NCBI RefSeq assembly: GCF_006345805.1
Contig: NC_043009.1
Coordinates: 12,648,001-12,712,000, forward strand
Direction of reading: 5' to 3'
DNA length: 64,000 bases
From: Octopus sinensis
Lineage: Eukaryota
This document shows positions 1-14,880 of this stretch, piece by piece. The stretch's first letter is position 1, and each line of letters starts with the position of its first letter. The position numbers and the translations under genes were made by a program. The notes under the pieces were generated by a model. The model was given only the letters and a program-made list of their open reading frames with translations, ran no database searches and had not been told where the DNA came from.

Positions 1-333
1 TGTGCATGTTTTGAAGAACAGCTATTTTTGGTTGCTATCCTGTCACTTCATTTTCATAATTTTGAATTGTGTGTTTTCCGGGACCTTAGATTTTGTTGTT
101 CTTTCTTGCAGACCAAGTATCCACTTAGAGGTACTCTTATAGCTCATTGGAAGGAAGTCAGTTTGTTGTATAGTACATGTGATAGTGCAAGAAGTAAGAG
201 AATGATGGTGATAGCAGTAGTGTACTACATAGGTAGTAGTATGGTTAGTGGCATTAGTAGTGGTGGTGGAGTATGAGAAGTAAATACACTCATGTTTTGC
301 CACTGAAGAGAAACAATATTTTTGTATTTGCAG

Positions 334-384
334 AGTTGACTTCAATGTTCCAACCAAGGGCGGCAAGATCACCAACAATCAAAG
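334..384 (+). CDS. PGK: PGK exon (vertebrate exon 2 equivalent), [18 protein letters not shown]
   Basis: tttgcag acceptor, gtaagt donor, 51 bp. Confidence 0.96.
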
Positions 385-708
385 GTAAGTTTTTATTTTA
401 TTGATCTTTTTAGTGTGTGTGTGGGTGTATTTAATTGCATATGTGTGTGGAGGTGCAAAGCTTAGTGGTTAGTGTTGCACTCATGATAAAATGAATATGG
501 TTTCAAATCCTGGACTGGGTGATGCATTGTGTTCCTGAGCAAAACACTTTGTGAACTCCATTCCACTCGGCTGGCAAAACTTAGTAATTCTGCAAGAGAC
601 CGACATCCCATTCAGGAAAGGAATATACACGTCACAGAATTTGGGGAAACTGGCTGTGTGAACCTGTGGCTTGGGTACGACATTTGATCTTTTTTTGATG
701 TGTATATG

Positions 709-742
<34 letters not shown>

Positions 743-3700
743 CATGAATGCTTGTGAATTGTATGGAGTAGTTCTCAATTGGCAATGAGAACAAACCCAA
801 GAATTTCAAGACTATGGCAGCCACACAGAAATCAGTTACCAACAGAAATTTTGAGGGAGATCTCATACTCTGTGGATGCAAAATTCATACAAGGGGTTGC
901 TGTAAAGTTCATGGCTTTCAGTAAAAGAAAATACTGGAGGATCAATTAATTATGATTTTATTCAACACAAACCCCTCTCAGATTCACACACTTATTGCGG
1001 CAGAACTTCAGTTTTTCTAAGTCCTGTAAATAGAAGTTACACAGTTTGGCCTTCAGCCAGGCCTTTCAGGGTACCATTATCCTATTTTTGGTAGGATCTA
1101 GCATCGCAAAAATAGAATTCGCTCCCTTGATGCTTCTGGTGGAACTGGAAAGACATTTCCTGATTGGTTTATTGCTTGCCAAAATACTTGTCATCATAGA
1201 GATATAACTGTCATGTAGGCTTTTGTTGCAGGCACTTCTCAAATAGTTATACATACAAATCAATAGATATTGTGAATGAGGAAGAGGTAATTCACTATCC
1301 TGCAGAATTTTAAAATTCTTTGTAAACTTCAGATATACCACAACACAGATTTCTGCTAAGGAAAGAGTCCTTAGTGTGGCTGTTGCATAATTTAAATAAC
1401 CATGGTTATGCAATGCTACAAGACTCATGGCTAAGGAGAAAACATGCCACCCTGTCCTCGAGGTTACTATTCTCACTGGGTGCACTGAAGAAGAGAGGAC
1501 AGTTATAGTCAGAATTCCACTCATATCAGCAGATGTGCTCTTTTGATTGAGAGCACTTTATGTGCCCAGTATACTTAAGCTTTGCTGTATCAGTGAAATT
1601 CCAAGGGCAAATATCATTCATTGGATTGTGATTTAACCCCTTAAGCATTCAGATTACTCAGTCACATTTAATGCTTATTTATTCACAATGTTTTGAATTA
1701 ATCATGCATTATCTCATAGCATTGAGATTTTGGTGATGCAATTGTATGAGGTCTGATCAGTAAGTATCCGGGCTGTTGTAATAGTAATGAAGCTAAAGCA
1801 TTCAAAGTGAAGCCGCTTGGTACAAATTGACCTTGGACTCTGCTGTGCATGCGCACTAAGTTTTCACATTCTGGTTCACTTCCACTGTTTACAGCAGTGC
1901 TTGGAAGGAAGGTGTGTAGCATGTGATCATTACATTGGCCATGACAGAGAAAGTTGTCATGGCAATACCTGCTCAGGGGTCTAACGCAAAGCTGCAGAAA
2001 GTGTATGGAGAGGAGTGCATGAGCCACACACAAGTGTATGAGTGGTTCAGACGTTTCCAAGAGGGTTGAAAAAATGTTGATCGTAACAAACGTTTTGGGA
2101 GACCTGCAACCAGCAAAACAGAAAAACATTGTAGATGTATGTGCAACTGTGAGAGGCAATTGTTGAATCACCATCTGTGAGTTATCAGAGGATGTGCAGA
2201 TTAGTTACGGTTCAGTTCAGTCCATTATCACTGAAGATTTGGATATGAGATACGTGTCTGCCAAGTTTGTGCCAAAACTGCTTTCAGCTGACCAAAAAGA
2301 CAGTCGGGTTTCTGTTGCACAAGATCTTGATTGTGTTGAGAGCGATGAAAACCTTTTGCATAGGACTCTGAGCAGGTATTGCCAAGATTTTGGCAAATTT
2401 TGATGCAGATTCTCTGCTCAACTTTTCCTGTCATGGTCAATGCGACGATCACACGCTACACATGTTCTTTCCAAGCACTGCTGTAAACAGCGAAAGTGAC
2501 CTAGAATGTTAAAACTTAGTGTGCATGCACAACAGAGTTCAAGGTTAATCTGTGCTAAGTGGCTTCACTCTGCATGCTTTAGCTTTGTTACTATGGGAAC
2601 AAATCCAGATACTTATTGATCAGACCTCATGTATGTTTAAGATTACATTGCAGGGTAGGTGTGAAACGCTGGATATGGCCAGTTTAAATACTAAAGGGTT
2701 AAGGAATCCTTTTTCACACATGGTCAGTTATATATAGGCTACTAAAGAATGGGGATGAAGGCCCATAACATCCCTCTTTATTTACATTCCAAAAATATTG
2801 TGTATTGCTGACATAAGTATTGAGAATTCTGATGGCTATGATGCTGGGGTTCTTCACAGTTCTTAATATCTGTATTTGGTTTTCTCTGAAATCTTCGGTT
2901 TGCATTCATTATCAGAAAGTTTCTTTTTTGTGTGTGGTTCACTCCCCGATGCTCTGATTTCTCCTCATTTCTCAAACAATTTCAAGAAATCAAAACTTTC
3001 AAAGAAAGTTAAAATATTCTGTTCATTAATAATTTCAGAATAAAACTGGTTTTACTTTCACTTAATTCTGTTTTTATTTAGTATGCTTGAAATAACTATA
3101 TGCCATTAACAGAGTTGATTTGAGAAATATTCCATATGTATTACCAATTTGTTGCCTGACTCTGTGTGTGTGTGTGTGTGGTTGTGTGTGTTTCTTATTT
3201 AGCAGAAGCAACAGAGTGACTCAAGGGCCTAGAGTTTCATGTATTGGCACACCGTACAAACCTCTTGGTCCTTGAATCACTCTGTTGCTTCTGCTAAATA
3301 TTAATAAATATATACATATAGTCACATTCTAAGTTCTATTTTTCCTGTTTGCATCACCATACCTATATATACACACACAAGCACACCACACACACACAAG
3401 CACACCACACACACACAAACACACCACACACACACAAACACACCACACACACACAAACACACCACACACACACAAACACACCACACACACACAAACACAC
3501 CACACACACACACAAACACACCACACACACACACAAACACCACACACACACACAAACACCACACACACACACACACAAACACACAACACACACACAAATG
3601 CCACACACAAAAATGCCACACACACAAGCACCATGCACAAACACTACACACACTACGCACACACACTACATGCATACACACACACACACACACTACACAC

Positions 3701-6700
3701 ATACACACACATAAATACATACACACATACACACACATAAATACATACACACATACACACACTACACACACACTACACACACACACTACACACACACACA
3801 CACTACACACACACACCACACACTACACACACACTACACACACACTACACACACACTACACACACACTATACACACACACTACACACACACTACACACAC
3901 ACTACACACACACTACACACACACTACACACACATACACACACATACACACATACACATACACTACACACACACACACACACTACATGCACACAGACTTT
4001 TTTCCTTTCCCTCCAACACATCTACCAATGACTGCCCCTCAGCCTGTGTTCATCACTCATCTTATTCACCCCTCGATCATCCTTCACTCTCCCCATACAC
4101 TCTTGCACCCTTTATCCTCCCATTTCTTTTAGTTCTGTCCCTACTCTAGCAGCTTGTCACCACCTTTGCCATCTTTTTCCAGCTTCCCTCTCATTACTCT
4201 CACCTGCCTTTGTTTATTGCAAGAATCCATGTATCTCCTCTGCAGGAAGAAACCCATTCCGATCCCTTATTTCTTACTTAACCCATTAGCATCTAAACCA
4301 GCCATTTCTGGTCAAAATAATCTGTTTTATGTTAAAACCTGCCTGATCCAGCCTCTCACACCTACCCTACAATGTCATTCTAAAAATAAACAATGCCATC
4401 ATTGAAATTTTGCAGCTACAAGATATGCATGAATAATTCAAAATAATGTGAATAAATGTTGTCGACGCCCCCATACGATGAAGTAGGCTAGCCCAATACG
4501 TAGATATAGAGGGAGAAGTCTGTCAAGGTGTTGAGTAGAGGTTATCCGAACATGCGATATAACAGTGGAGACCTCTCTCTATATCTACGTATTGGGCTAG
4601 CCTACTTCATCGTCTGGGGGCGTCGACACAACAATAAATAAGCATTACATTTGACAGAGTAATCTGAATGCTTGAGGGTTAAGCCTCATCATCTAGCACC
4701 AAGCTGTCTCCCTCTCTACTGTAGGGTCACTCAGTGAAAGGGGATCAAGCTGTGTTGCAACCTCACTAATACTAGTGCCATGGGAAGAGTACGCAGTACA
4801 AGCTGTAAATTGGTGGGCATTTGACCTTAGAAACGATGCCAAAGGAGAGATTGGAGCAATGTATATTCCTCTGACTCAATCTATCCAACCCATGCCTGCA
4901 TGGAAGACGGATGTTAAAAGATGATCTTTATTTTTCTTATCTTTTTACTTGTTTCAGTCTGTGGCCATGCTGGGGCACTGCCTTGAAGAGTTTTAGTCAA
5001 ACTAATCAACCCTAGTAATTATTTACTTTTATTTAAGCCTTGTACCTATTGTATCGGTCTCTTACTGAACTGCTAAGTTACAGGGACATAAACACACCAG
5101 CACTGGTTGTCAATTTGTGGTGGGGGATAAGCACAGACACAAAGATGCGCATGCGCGTGCACATCCCTCCCTCACATATGTGGGTTTCTTTCAGTTTCTA
5201 GCAAATTCACTCGCAAGGCTTTGGTTGTCTCAAGAAGACATATGCCCAAGGTGCCATCTCGTAGGAATGAACCTGTAAGCATGTGGTTCGAAAACAAACT
5301 TCTTACCACGCGTATTAATACCTATTTCTTTATTACCCAGAAGGGGCTAAACACAGAGGGGGCAAACAAGGACAGACATAGGTATTAAGTCGATTACATC
5401 GACCCCAGTGCGCAACTGGCACTTAATTCATCGACCCCGAAAGGATGAAAGGCAAAGTCGACCTCGGCGGAATTTGAACTCACAACGTAACGCAGACGAA
5501 ATACCGCTAAGCATTTCGCCCGGCATGCTAACGTTTCTGCCAGCTCGCCACACGTATTAATACCGATGTTTTATACATATGCAAGCATACACATTTATTT
5601 AATTTTTTTTTTAATGTTAGTATTGATTAGACAAATCTATTATGGAGGAATTGCTTAACATTTGATCGTCTTCCTATCACTGTCACTTGCTTTTCTAACA
5701 AAAGATCTTTTTATTTCATAAGTCTCCAAAGATGAGAAGTGAGCGATTTATTTGACAGAAATGATGACAGCCTGCTAAGTAACTTTCATGGAACACAGAC
5801 ATGCACACACACACACATATACACACGTCTTGCTACTAGGATGAATTACCTTGCTAGGAAACAGGTGAGGGTTAATAACAGGGAGCATATTAACTCATAG
5901 AAATATACATACACACATCATCATCATCATCATTTAGCGTCCGTTCTCCATGCTAGCATGGGTTGGACGGTTCAACTGGGGTCTGTGAAGCTGGAAGGCT
6001 TCATCAGGCCCAGTCAGATCTGGCAGTGTTTCTACGGCTGGATGCCCTTCCTAACGCCAACCACTCCGTGAGTGTAGTGGGTGCTTTTTACGTGCCACCT
6101 GCACAGGTGCCAGACAGAGCTGGCAAACAGCCACGAACGGATGGTACTTTTACGTGTCACCGGCACGGGGCCAGGCGAGGCTGGCAACATGTATAAATAT
6201 ATTACTCTTTACTCTTTTACTCGTTTCAGTCATTTGACTGCGGCCATGCTGGAGCACCGCCTTTAGTCGAGCAACTTGACCCCAGGACTTATTCTTTGTA
6301 AGCCCAGTACTTATTCTATCGGTCTCTTTTGCCGAACCGCTAAGTGACGGGGACATAAACACACCAGCATCGGTTGTCAAGCAATGCTAAGCGGACAAAC
6401 ACAGACACACAAACACACACACACACATATATATATACGACGTGCTTCTTTCAGTTTCCGTCTACCAAATCCACTCACAAGGCTTTGGTCGGCCCGAGGC
6501 TATAGTAGAAGACACTTGCTCAAGATGCCACGCAGTGGGACTGAACCCGGAACCATGTGGTTGGTAAACAAGATACTTACCACACAGCCACTCCTGCGCC
6601 TATATGGAGAGATATGTATGCATAATAGTGTAGATTCAAATTTGAAGTGACATATTTTGTTCAGTGCTGCGTCATGAACCCCTAATTAATTAATTCCTGC

Positions 6701-7804
6701 TTGATAAAGCTTTATTATACACATCAACAAATGTATCTATTACTGTTATATATTCTTATTGAATATGAATGATTATTCTGTATCTGTAGCTGATGATGTG
6801 CAATGACACAGAAATGCATGTGTACTATGGTCTGATATCTTTCATGGCCCAATAGTGTGCTTATCATATATATTGTCTCTGAGCAGAATTTTTCAGTTGA
6901 GACTATTTCTGCAGTGTATTCCATTCTATATCCAAGTGTATAGTCTATATACACATACATATATTATCTGTTAACAACACAAAGCAGTCTTTGTAACAAA
7001 TATTAATTAGCACATCTCACTTATTTGAAGGTGTTCTTTTGAAAACAGGACACTGTGATAACTGTTCTGAAAAATCATCTTGTATGGCCGTTTGGTGCTT
7101 TGAAAAAGCACTAAATATATCAGATGATCAGTTGACAAAATTTTGTCAGCACTGGCAGATGGCGCTGTTGTATCCTGCAATTTCATAGTAAATTGAGGAA
7201 GGTAGAGCAACAGGCAGCCAAACACCCCTATACTATGTGCTTTTTATAGCACCTAATGTCTATACAAGAATACTCTGGATGATTACCACAATCTACACTG
7301 TTCTAAATAACATCTCTGAGCTAAGTTAGATGTGCGAATTAATGCATATATAAATATGTGTATGTATGAATGTGTCTATGTGTGTATGAATATGTGTATA
7401 TATGTATGAATGTGCGTATATATGTATGAATGTGCCTATGTATGTATGTATATATGTATGTGTGTATGTATATATATATATGTGTGTGTATGTATATATA
7501 TATATATATGTGTGTGTGTGTATGTATATATATGTGCGTATGTATATATATACATGTGCGTATGTATATATATGTATGCGTGTATGTATATATATGTGTG
7601 TATGTATATATGTGTGTGCATGTATATATGTGTGTGCATGTATATATGTGTGTGCATGTATATATGTGTGTGCATGTATATATGTGTATGTATGTATGTA
7701 TGTATGATATGTATTATATATATATATATATATATATATGTATTGTATGTATGTATGTATGATATATATCTATATATATGTATGTGTATGTATATAATAT
7801 GTGT

Positions 7805-7840
<36 letters not shown>

Positions 7841-8121
7841 GAGTGTATATATATGTTATGTATGTATATATGTGTATATATATATATATATATATGAGTG
7901 TATATATATATGTATGTGTATGTATATATATATATGCGTATATATCTATATATATATATCTATATATATATATTGCGTAATATATAATATATAATATATA
8001 TATAGTCCAACCCATGCTAGCATGGAAAGCGGACGTTAAACGATGATGATGATGATATGAGTGTATATATATGTATGTGTATGTATATATATATATGTGT
8101 ATATATATATATATATATTAT

Positions 8122-8158
<37 letters not shown>

Positions 8159-8183
8159 GAGTGTGTATATATATATGTATGTG

Positions 8184-8223
<40 letters not shown>

Positions 8224-8245
8224 TGTGTATATATATATGTATGTG

Positions 8246-8283
<38 letters not shown>

Positions 8284-8304
8284 TGTGATATATATATGTA
8301 TGTG

Positions 8305-8335
<31 letters not shown>

Positions 8336-8366
8336 GAGTGTGTATATATATGTATGTGTATGTATA

Positions 8367-8406
<40 letters not shown>

Positions 8407-11400
8407 TGTGTATATGTACGTGTGTGTATGTATATGTTTTGTATTTATATATGTGTATATGTGTGTGTGTATATATATGTGTATCATCGTATATATATGT
8501 GTATATATATATACGTATATGTATACATATGTATACTCTTTTACTTGTTTCAGTCATTTGACTGTGGCCCTACTGGAGCACCGCCTCTAGTAGAGCAAAT
8601 CAACCCCAGGACTTATTCTTTGTAAGCCTAGTACTTAGTTACGAGGACGTAAACACACGACCATTGGTTGTCAAGCGATGTTGGGGGGACAAACACAGAC
8701 ACACAAGCATACACATAAATATACACACACATATATATATATATATATACGACGGGCTTCTTTCAGTTTACGTCTACCAAATCCACTCACAAGACTTTGG
8801 TCGGCCCGAGGCTATAGTAGAAGAACTGAACCCGGAACCATATGGTTGGTAAGCAAGCTACTTACCACACAGCCACCCCTGCGCCTATGTATATATATAA
8901 ATACGTGTATATATATATATACATACACATACAGAGAGAGTAATGAAAAGTGTGATAAATAATGGAAAGAGATAGATTCAGGGTGACAAAGAGAGGAGAA
9001 GCATCAATCTAAAAGTGAGTTAATTCTTGTAGAAAATTATATTTTTTTATTATTCGGGATGCAGATTTCAAAAATTAGTTTTGTTCTTCTTGAACACACT
9101 ATTTCCAAGCCTTCTTGGGCTAAACACATATACATAGCCATATACAGTGGCATTTATATAATAGATACGTGTATGTATGTATGTGTATACACATTCACAC
9201 ACGCACATTAGGCAATGAACATGGGAGGGCAAGTTCCAATACATATTATTTTAATGGTTAAATAGAAGGGCAAGAGTCTTAATCTTTCAGATTCTAGTCC
9301 TTTATCAGAAGAAAGAAAAGGGCAACAAAAGAAAAGAGAAAATAGAAAGAAAAGGAATAAGATCATCATCATCATCATCATCATCGTTTAACGTCTGCTT
9401 TCCATGCGAGCATGGTTTGGACGATTTTGACTGAGGGCTGGCGTACCAGATGGTTGTATCAGTTTCTAATCTTGATTTGGCAGAGTTTCTACAGCTGGAT
9501 GCCCTTCCTAATGCCAACCACTCTGAGAGTGTAGTGGGTGCTTTTTACGTGCCACCGGCACGGGGGCCAGTCAGGTGGTACTGGCAATGACCTCGCTCGA
9601 ATCCTTTTACACATGCGACCAGCACAGGTGCCAGTAAGGCGACGTTTGTAACGATCACGCTCGAATGGTGCCCTTTTACGTGCCACTGGCACGGAAGGCG
9701 GTTGGCAGCTCTGGCAATGATCACACTCGGATGGTGCTCTTGGCACCCTACTAGATGATTAGCAAAAAAGAGTTACGGACCAGGTAGGATGTAGTGGGGT
9801 GGTGTGTACATGTATAGGAGGGTATCTTGTGTATTGAGATGAGAATAACGGGTGTGTTTGTGTGTGTGGAGGTGTGCAGTGGTGTGGCATTGTGGCGGTG
9901 TGGGAGGATGGCGTGTCGGCATAACTGTATGGCAGAGGAGAGCATTGAGGGAAGGAGGATGTGGCATTTATAATGGTGGGACGAAAGGGAAGGTAGGAGG
10001 AATGTGTTGTTTTAAAAAAGGCTCATGAAAAAGCTGTATAAATAGTGAAGAATATATTAAAAATCTTGAAAGAAAATAGTTAATTGGTAACACTGAATAA
10101 TAAAAGGATAAAAAAGCAGATGAGAAGAGACTGTCAAATTGGTCTCAGACAGAAAACAGAATAAGGAAACAATTTGTGGCTAGATGTTGATATCATCATC
10201 ATCATCATCATCATCATCATCGTTTAACATCCGCTTTCCATGCTAGCATGGGTTGGACGATTTGACTGAGGACTGGCGAACCAGATGGCTGCACCAGGCT
10301 CTAATCTTGATCTGGCAGAGTTTCTACAGCTGGATGCCCTTCCTAGCGCCAACCACTCTGAGAGTGTAGTGGGTGCTTTTATGTGCCAGTCAACGACCTT
10401 GCTCTGTTTTTACACGTGCCAGTAAGGCGATGCTGGTAATGATCACACTCGAATGGTGCCTTTTACGAGCCACCGGCATGGAAGCCAGTGAGCCACTCTG
10501 GCAACGATCACACTCGGATGGTGCTCTTAGCACCCTGCTAGCACAGGGCACAAGTACCAGTAAGGCAACGCTGAAAAGACATATATGAGGGAAAATAAAA
10601 GAAAGGAAAAAAATTTAAGAAAAGTGAAGAAAGCACAGATGGTCATATGTTAAAAAAGGAAATTTTGAAAAGATAGTATGTTAAACAGTAGGTGAGGCTT
10701 AACAAGCAAATTGTTAAAATCCAGAGATGAAATAGGCAAGTGAAGTGGTAAAATCCAGTTGTGAATGAGTAGCAGAGAAATATGCAAAGGTGAGTATAAA
10801 GTAGAGATTGAAAAGTGAGTGCATGTATGTATATTAATGCATGTGTGCATGAGGTGCATTCTAAATGTATGTGACTTTATTTTTACCTGTCAAAATTAAT
10901 GTTGCATGGATAGAATCCTTGGGCTGGAAGGTGATTCCATCCTTCTTGTGCATGCGTGAAAAGTTTCATGCTGGTAAAACTTGTCAGATTTTCGTTTTCA
11001 TCCAAGATGATGGAATGTATTGAGTAGAACCCATGTTTAATCACCAGTGAGAATGGTCATGAAATCTGGGTTGTAGTTTGCACAGTCCAGCATTTCCTGT
11101 TTGGTGTTCATGTGGAATTGCTTCTGCTGTTTGTTGAGCGGAGCGGTCTTCGTGGGAGAAGTCCGAAACGTGGTCCTTTGCTATTTGTAAGACCCGCAGA
11201 AGAGAAAGCAGGTCAACCCCTGACACCGAGAGCATCGACGGATGGATGAATGCGCATCCAGGCTCAGCGGTTGCGTAGGAAGTCGGGGACAAGAAACAGG
11301 AAGAAGGAGTTTGAGGAAGTTGGGGTGAAAGAGTACAACAGGGGTCGCCACCACCCCTGCCGGAGCTTTAGGTGTTTTCGCTCAATAAACACACACAACG

Positions 11401-14400
11401 CCCGGTCTAGGAATCGAAACCGCGATCCTCTGACTGTGAGTCCGCTGCCCTAACCATTGGGCCATTACGCTTCCTGCTTCTGCTGTTATGCCAGCACCTT
11501 AGAGATGATTTATGCCAACACTCTTCACATGCACAAATCCTATATTAAAACAGAATGCACTGATCCTGTGCTTATTCCCACTTTGTGAACAATTTCTTGG
11601 ATTGTTACATGTCAATTTTCCATGACTATTTGCCAAACCTTCTCATTCAGCACCTCAATTTGGCTTGTGGATAGCCTGCCTGAGTGTGTCATTCTCTCCA
11701 CTGAGGTGTAGCTATGTTTGAAGCAGTTGTACCACTCCTTGATCTGAGTTTTGCCCATGGCATCACTGCCAAAGGCCTGCTGAGCCTTCTGGATGGTTTG
11801 TGCTTGAGTATCACCAAGCTTTTTGACAAAACTTGATGTAATATCTCTGCTTGATGTGTTCCGCGAAAACAAAAATCTGACGACTGTGTACTGCACATCT
11901 GTACCCTCGGCATAACAGTTGGGGACTGACATGGTCCACTGGCATGAAACTTTACATGCATGAGCAGGAAGGCTGTCGTCACTTCCCACCCAAAGGATTT
12001 TGCCCTCTCAGCTTTAGCTTTGGTGGAAAAAAAAATTAGTTAGATACTATTTTGAATGCACCTCATAGCAATAGTGCATGCGTGTGTGTGAATATTAGTA
12101 AGGGAATAATAATCAAGTGGGTGCATGTTTGCATATGTATGTTTGTGTGTACATGCGTGTATAATGTGAGAGAGAGAAAGTGCGCTGAAATAGTCAGCAG
12201 TAAAGGCATACTATTTGCATTAGGTAAGACCAGTTGTAAAGCAAGGTGGAAGTGGTTGGTAGTAGGAAGGTGTTTATGTGAGAAAATGTCTGAGTGTTGG
12301 CAGGTGTGTGTATTTTAATACAGGTGTGTTTGGGTGTGCATTTTAATACAGGTGTGTTTTTATAAGTGTGTGTAAAGTTGAGTGTAAGTCTAATAAAAAA
12401 GACCTACTATCTGCTTTAGTATGGTTTCTCTGGCTGAAAGTCCTTCCTAACATCAACCACTTTACAAAATGTACCGGGTTTTTTTTAATGTGATAGATTT
12501 GCAGAGGAAGTGAAGGACGAGCATATCAAAATATTCAAATTTATAGGTGTGTGAGTATTCATGCATATTTAGGTGTGTTTAATAAGTATATGAACATGTA
12601 TGTATAACTGTGTGAGTGTGTAAGTAAATTAGATATGGGGGTAGTTAGTCTACATAAATGAAGATATGTACATATAAGAGTGCATAGTGTATAAAGGATT
12701 GTGATGACTTGTCTTATTGGATGGATAAGTTGTTGGATTCAATAAAAAGCTTGTCCATTGATATTTTGATGCTCAGTATGCTGTTTTAGTGACTTGGAAT
12801 ATCTGCAGCTGCCCCAGAATGTCTGATTGTCAAAACCAACCACCTAACTGTTTTATTTATGGAAGCCAACACAGCTGGGTACAGACTTGTATTGCTGACT
12901 CTGATTGTGAATCTGTTACAAGGCTAATTACCTTGTCAAATTTTTCCTGCACCTCCTCCATCTTTCTATAGTTCTTTTTATATTTCTTGAGAAGAAATAT
13001 AGTTAACAGTAAACCACCTAATTCAGACTGCTTTAACCCTTTTGTTACAGTATTTCTTTTTGAACTACACCATTTTTGTTTCAGTTAGTTTTGGAAATAA
13101 AGAAAGAATTTAGTGCTAGTAGGGTGCTAAGAGCACCATCCGAGCGTGATCGTTACCAGAGTGGCTAACTGGCTTCCATGCCGGTGGCATGCAGGAGGCA
13201 CCATTCGAGCGGGATTGTTACCAGCATTGCCTACTGGCACCTGTGCCGTTGGCATGCGTAAAAAGATTCGAGCGAGGTCATAGCCAGTACCACCTGAGTG
13301 GCCCCTGTGCCGGTGGCACGTAAAAGCACCCACTACACTCTCAGAGTGGTTGGCGTTAGGAAGGGCATCCAACTGTAGAAACTCTGCCAGATCAAGACTG
13401 GAGCCTGGTGCTGCCATCTGGTTCGCCAGCCCTAAGTCAAACCATCCAACCCATGCTAGCGTGGAAAGCGGATGTTAAACAATGATGATGATTACTAAGC
13501 TGGTAATTGGAACATAAATTAACATGGAATTTTAATGGGAAATTTTAATTTGGATCAATTTATATAGAGAGTTTGTGTCAAAAAGAAGCAGGGACAGTCT
13601 TGGGTAGATATCAAAAAGGTTAAGGGTACTTTATAGTGAAATTGCAAAATCTAAGAACATAATTTCTTTTTTTTGGCAGAGATAAGCACCGATAAGTAAA
13701 AAAAATGTTTACTGAAAGTATAAACAAAGCCAATGGGTCAAAGTTCTGGCTGATAAGACGCATGTTGAAACACTGGAATCTCAGAATGTTGTGCATCAAT
13801 GAATGAACTGACTGCTGAACACGGTCATGGTAAAAGGGAAAGTTTATTCCCCTATTATGTACACCACAACGCTAAGCCTCTTTTGCATTTGAACTTTCCT
13901 AGTTGTTTTAGAAATAAATATACAAGCAAGAGCACTCAGAGTGCAAACCTCTGCTAAGACAACATCACTGTCATCTCAACGATTAGCTGGAGATGTTTTT
14001 TAAAATGAGAATATCTGAAATGAACTTGACTGCTCTCACGAGAATACTAAAAGTGAACCCAACCGCTTTTAAAAATGAAGTTAAAAAAAGTTTCATACAA
14101 ATCCATCCAGCAGTTCTTGAGATATCTTATCCACGGACAAACCAACATGACCGAAAATACTACCTCTGCCTTCGCTAAGATGGAGGCAATAATTGTTCCA
14201 GATCTTGCTTGTACACAATGCAAGTAATTATTTTACATACATACACACAAATACATTCATATACACAAACGTGTGTGTGTGTATGGGTATATATATGTGT
14301 AGATATGTGTATATATATGTATGTACCTATATGTATGTATACATATCAGTATGTCTGTATGTATATATTTGTGTGTCTGTATGCATGTGTATTGGTATGT

Positions 14401-14822
14401 GTGTCTGTATATGTTTGTATATGCATGTATGTATCCATGTGTGTATATACATGCGTACATATATCTATGCATATAGTGTATACACGTACATATATATATC
14501 ACCGTGATCACCGTGACCGACCAGGATATCAGATGTTGCTACACATCGCTGGTCACAATGTGCTTCGCATTGTTTTAGCCTTCGAATGACGCCATCCCGC
14601 TGGCTAAGCGAGCAGGCCAACAGAAGGAAGAATGAGAGAAAGTTGTGGCGAAAGAGTACAGCAGGGATCACCATCACACCCTGCCGGAGCCTCATGGAGC
14701 TTTAGGTGTTTTCGCTCTATAAACACTCACAGTGCCCGGTCTGGGAATCGAAACTGCGATCCTACGACTGCGAGTCTGCTGCCCTAACCACTGGACCATT
14801 GCGCATCCACACACACACACAC

Positions 14823-14880
<58 letters not shown>

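Noticed and set aside
6786-6828. Hammerhead-like CTGATGA-tgtg..caca-GAAA-TGCAT
   Set aside because: G at position 17 and stem I only forms if 4 nt are removed; at best a dead relic
3322-8590. Long ORFs rich in YI/CV/HT (also at 14193-16701, 42476-44983, 52679-54362 and 57702-58147)
   Set aside because: They are translations of TA/CA/TATG microsatellites, not genes
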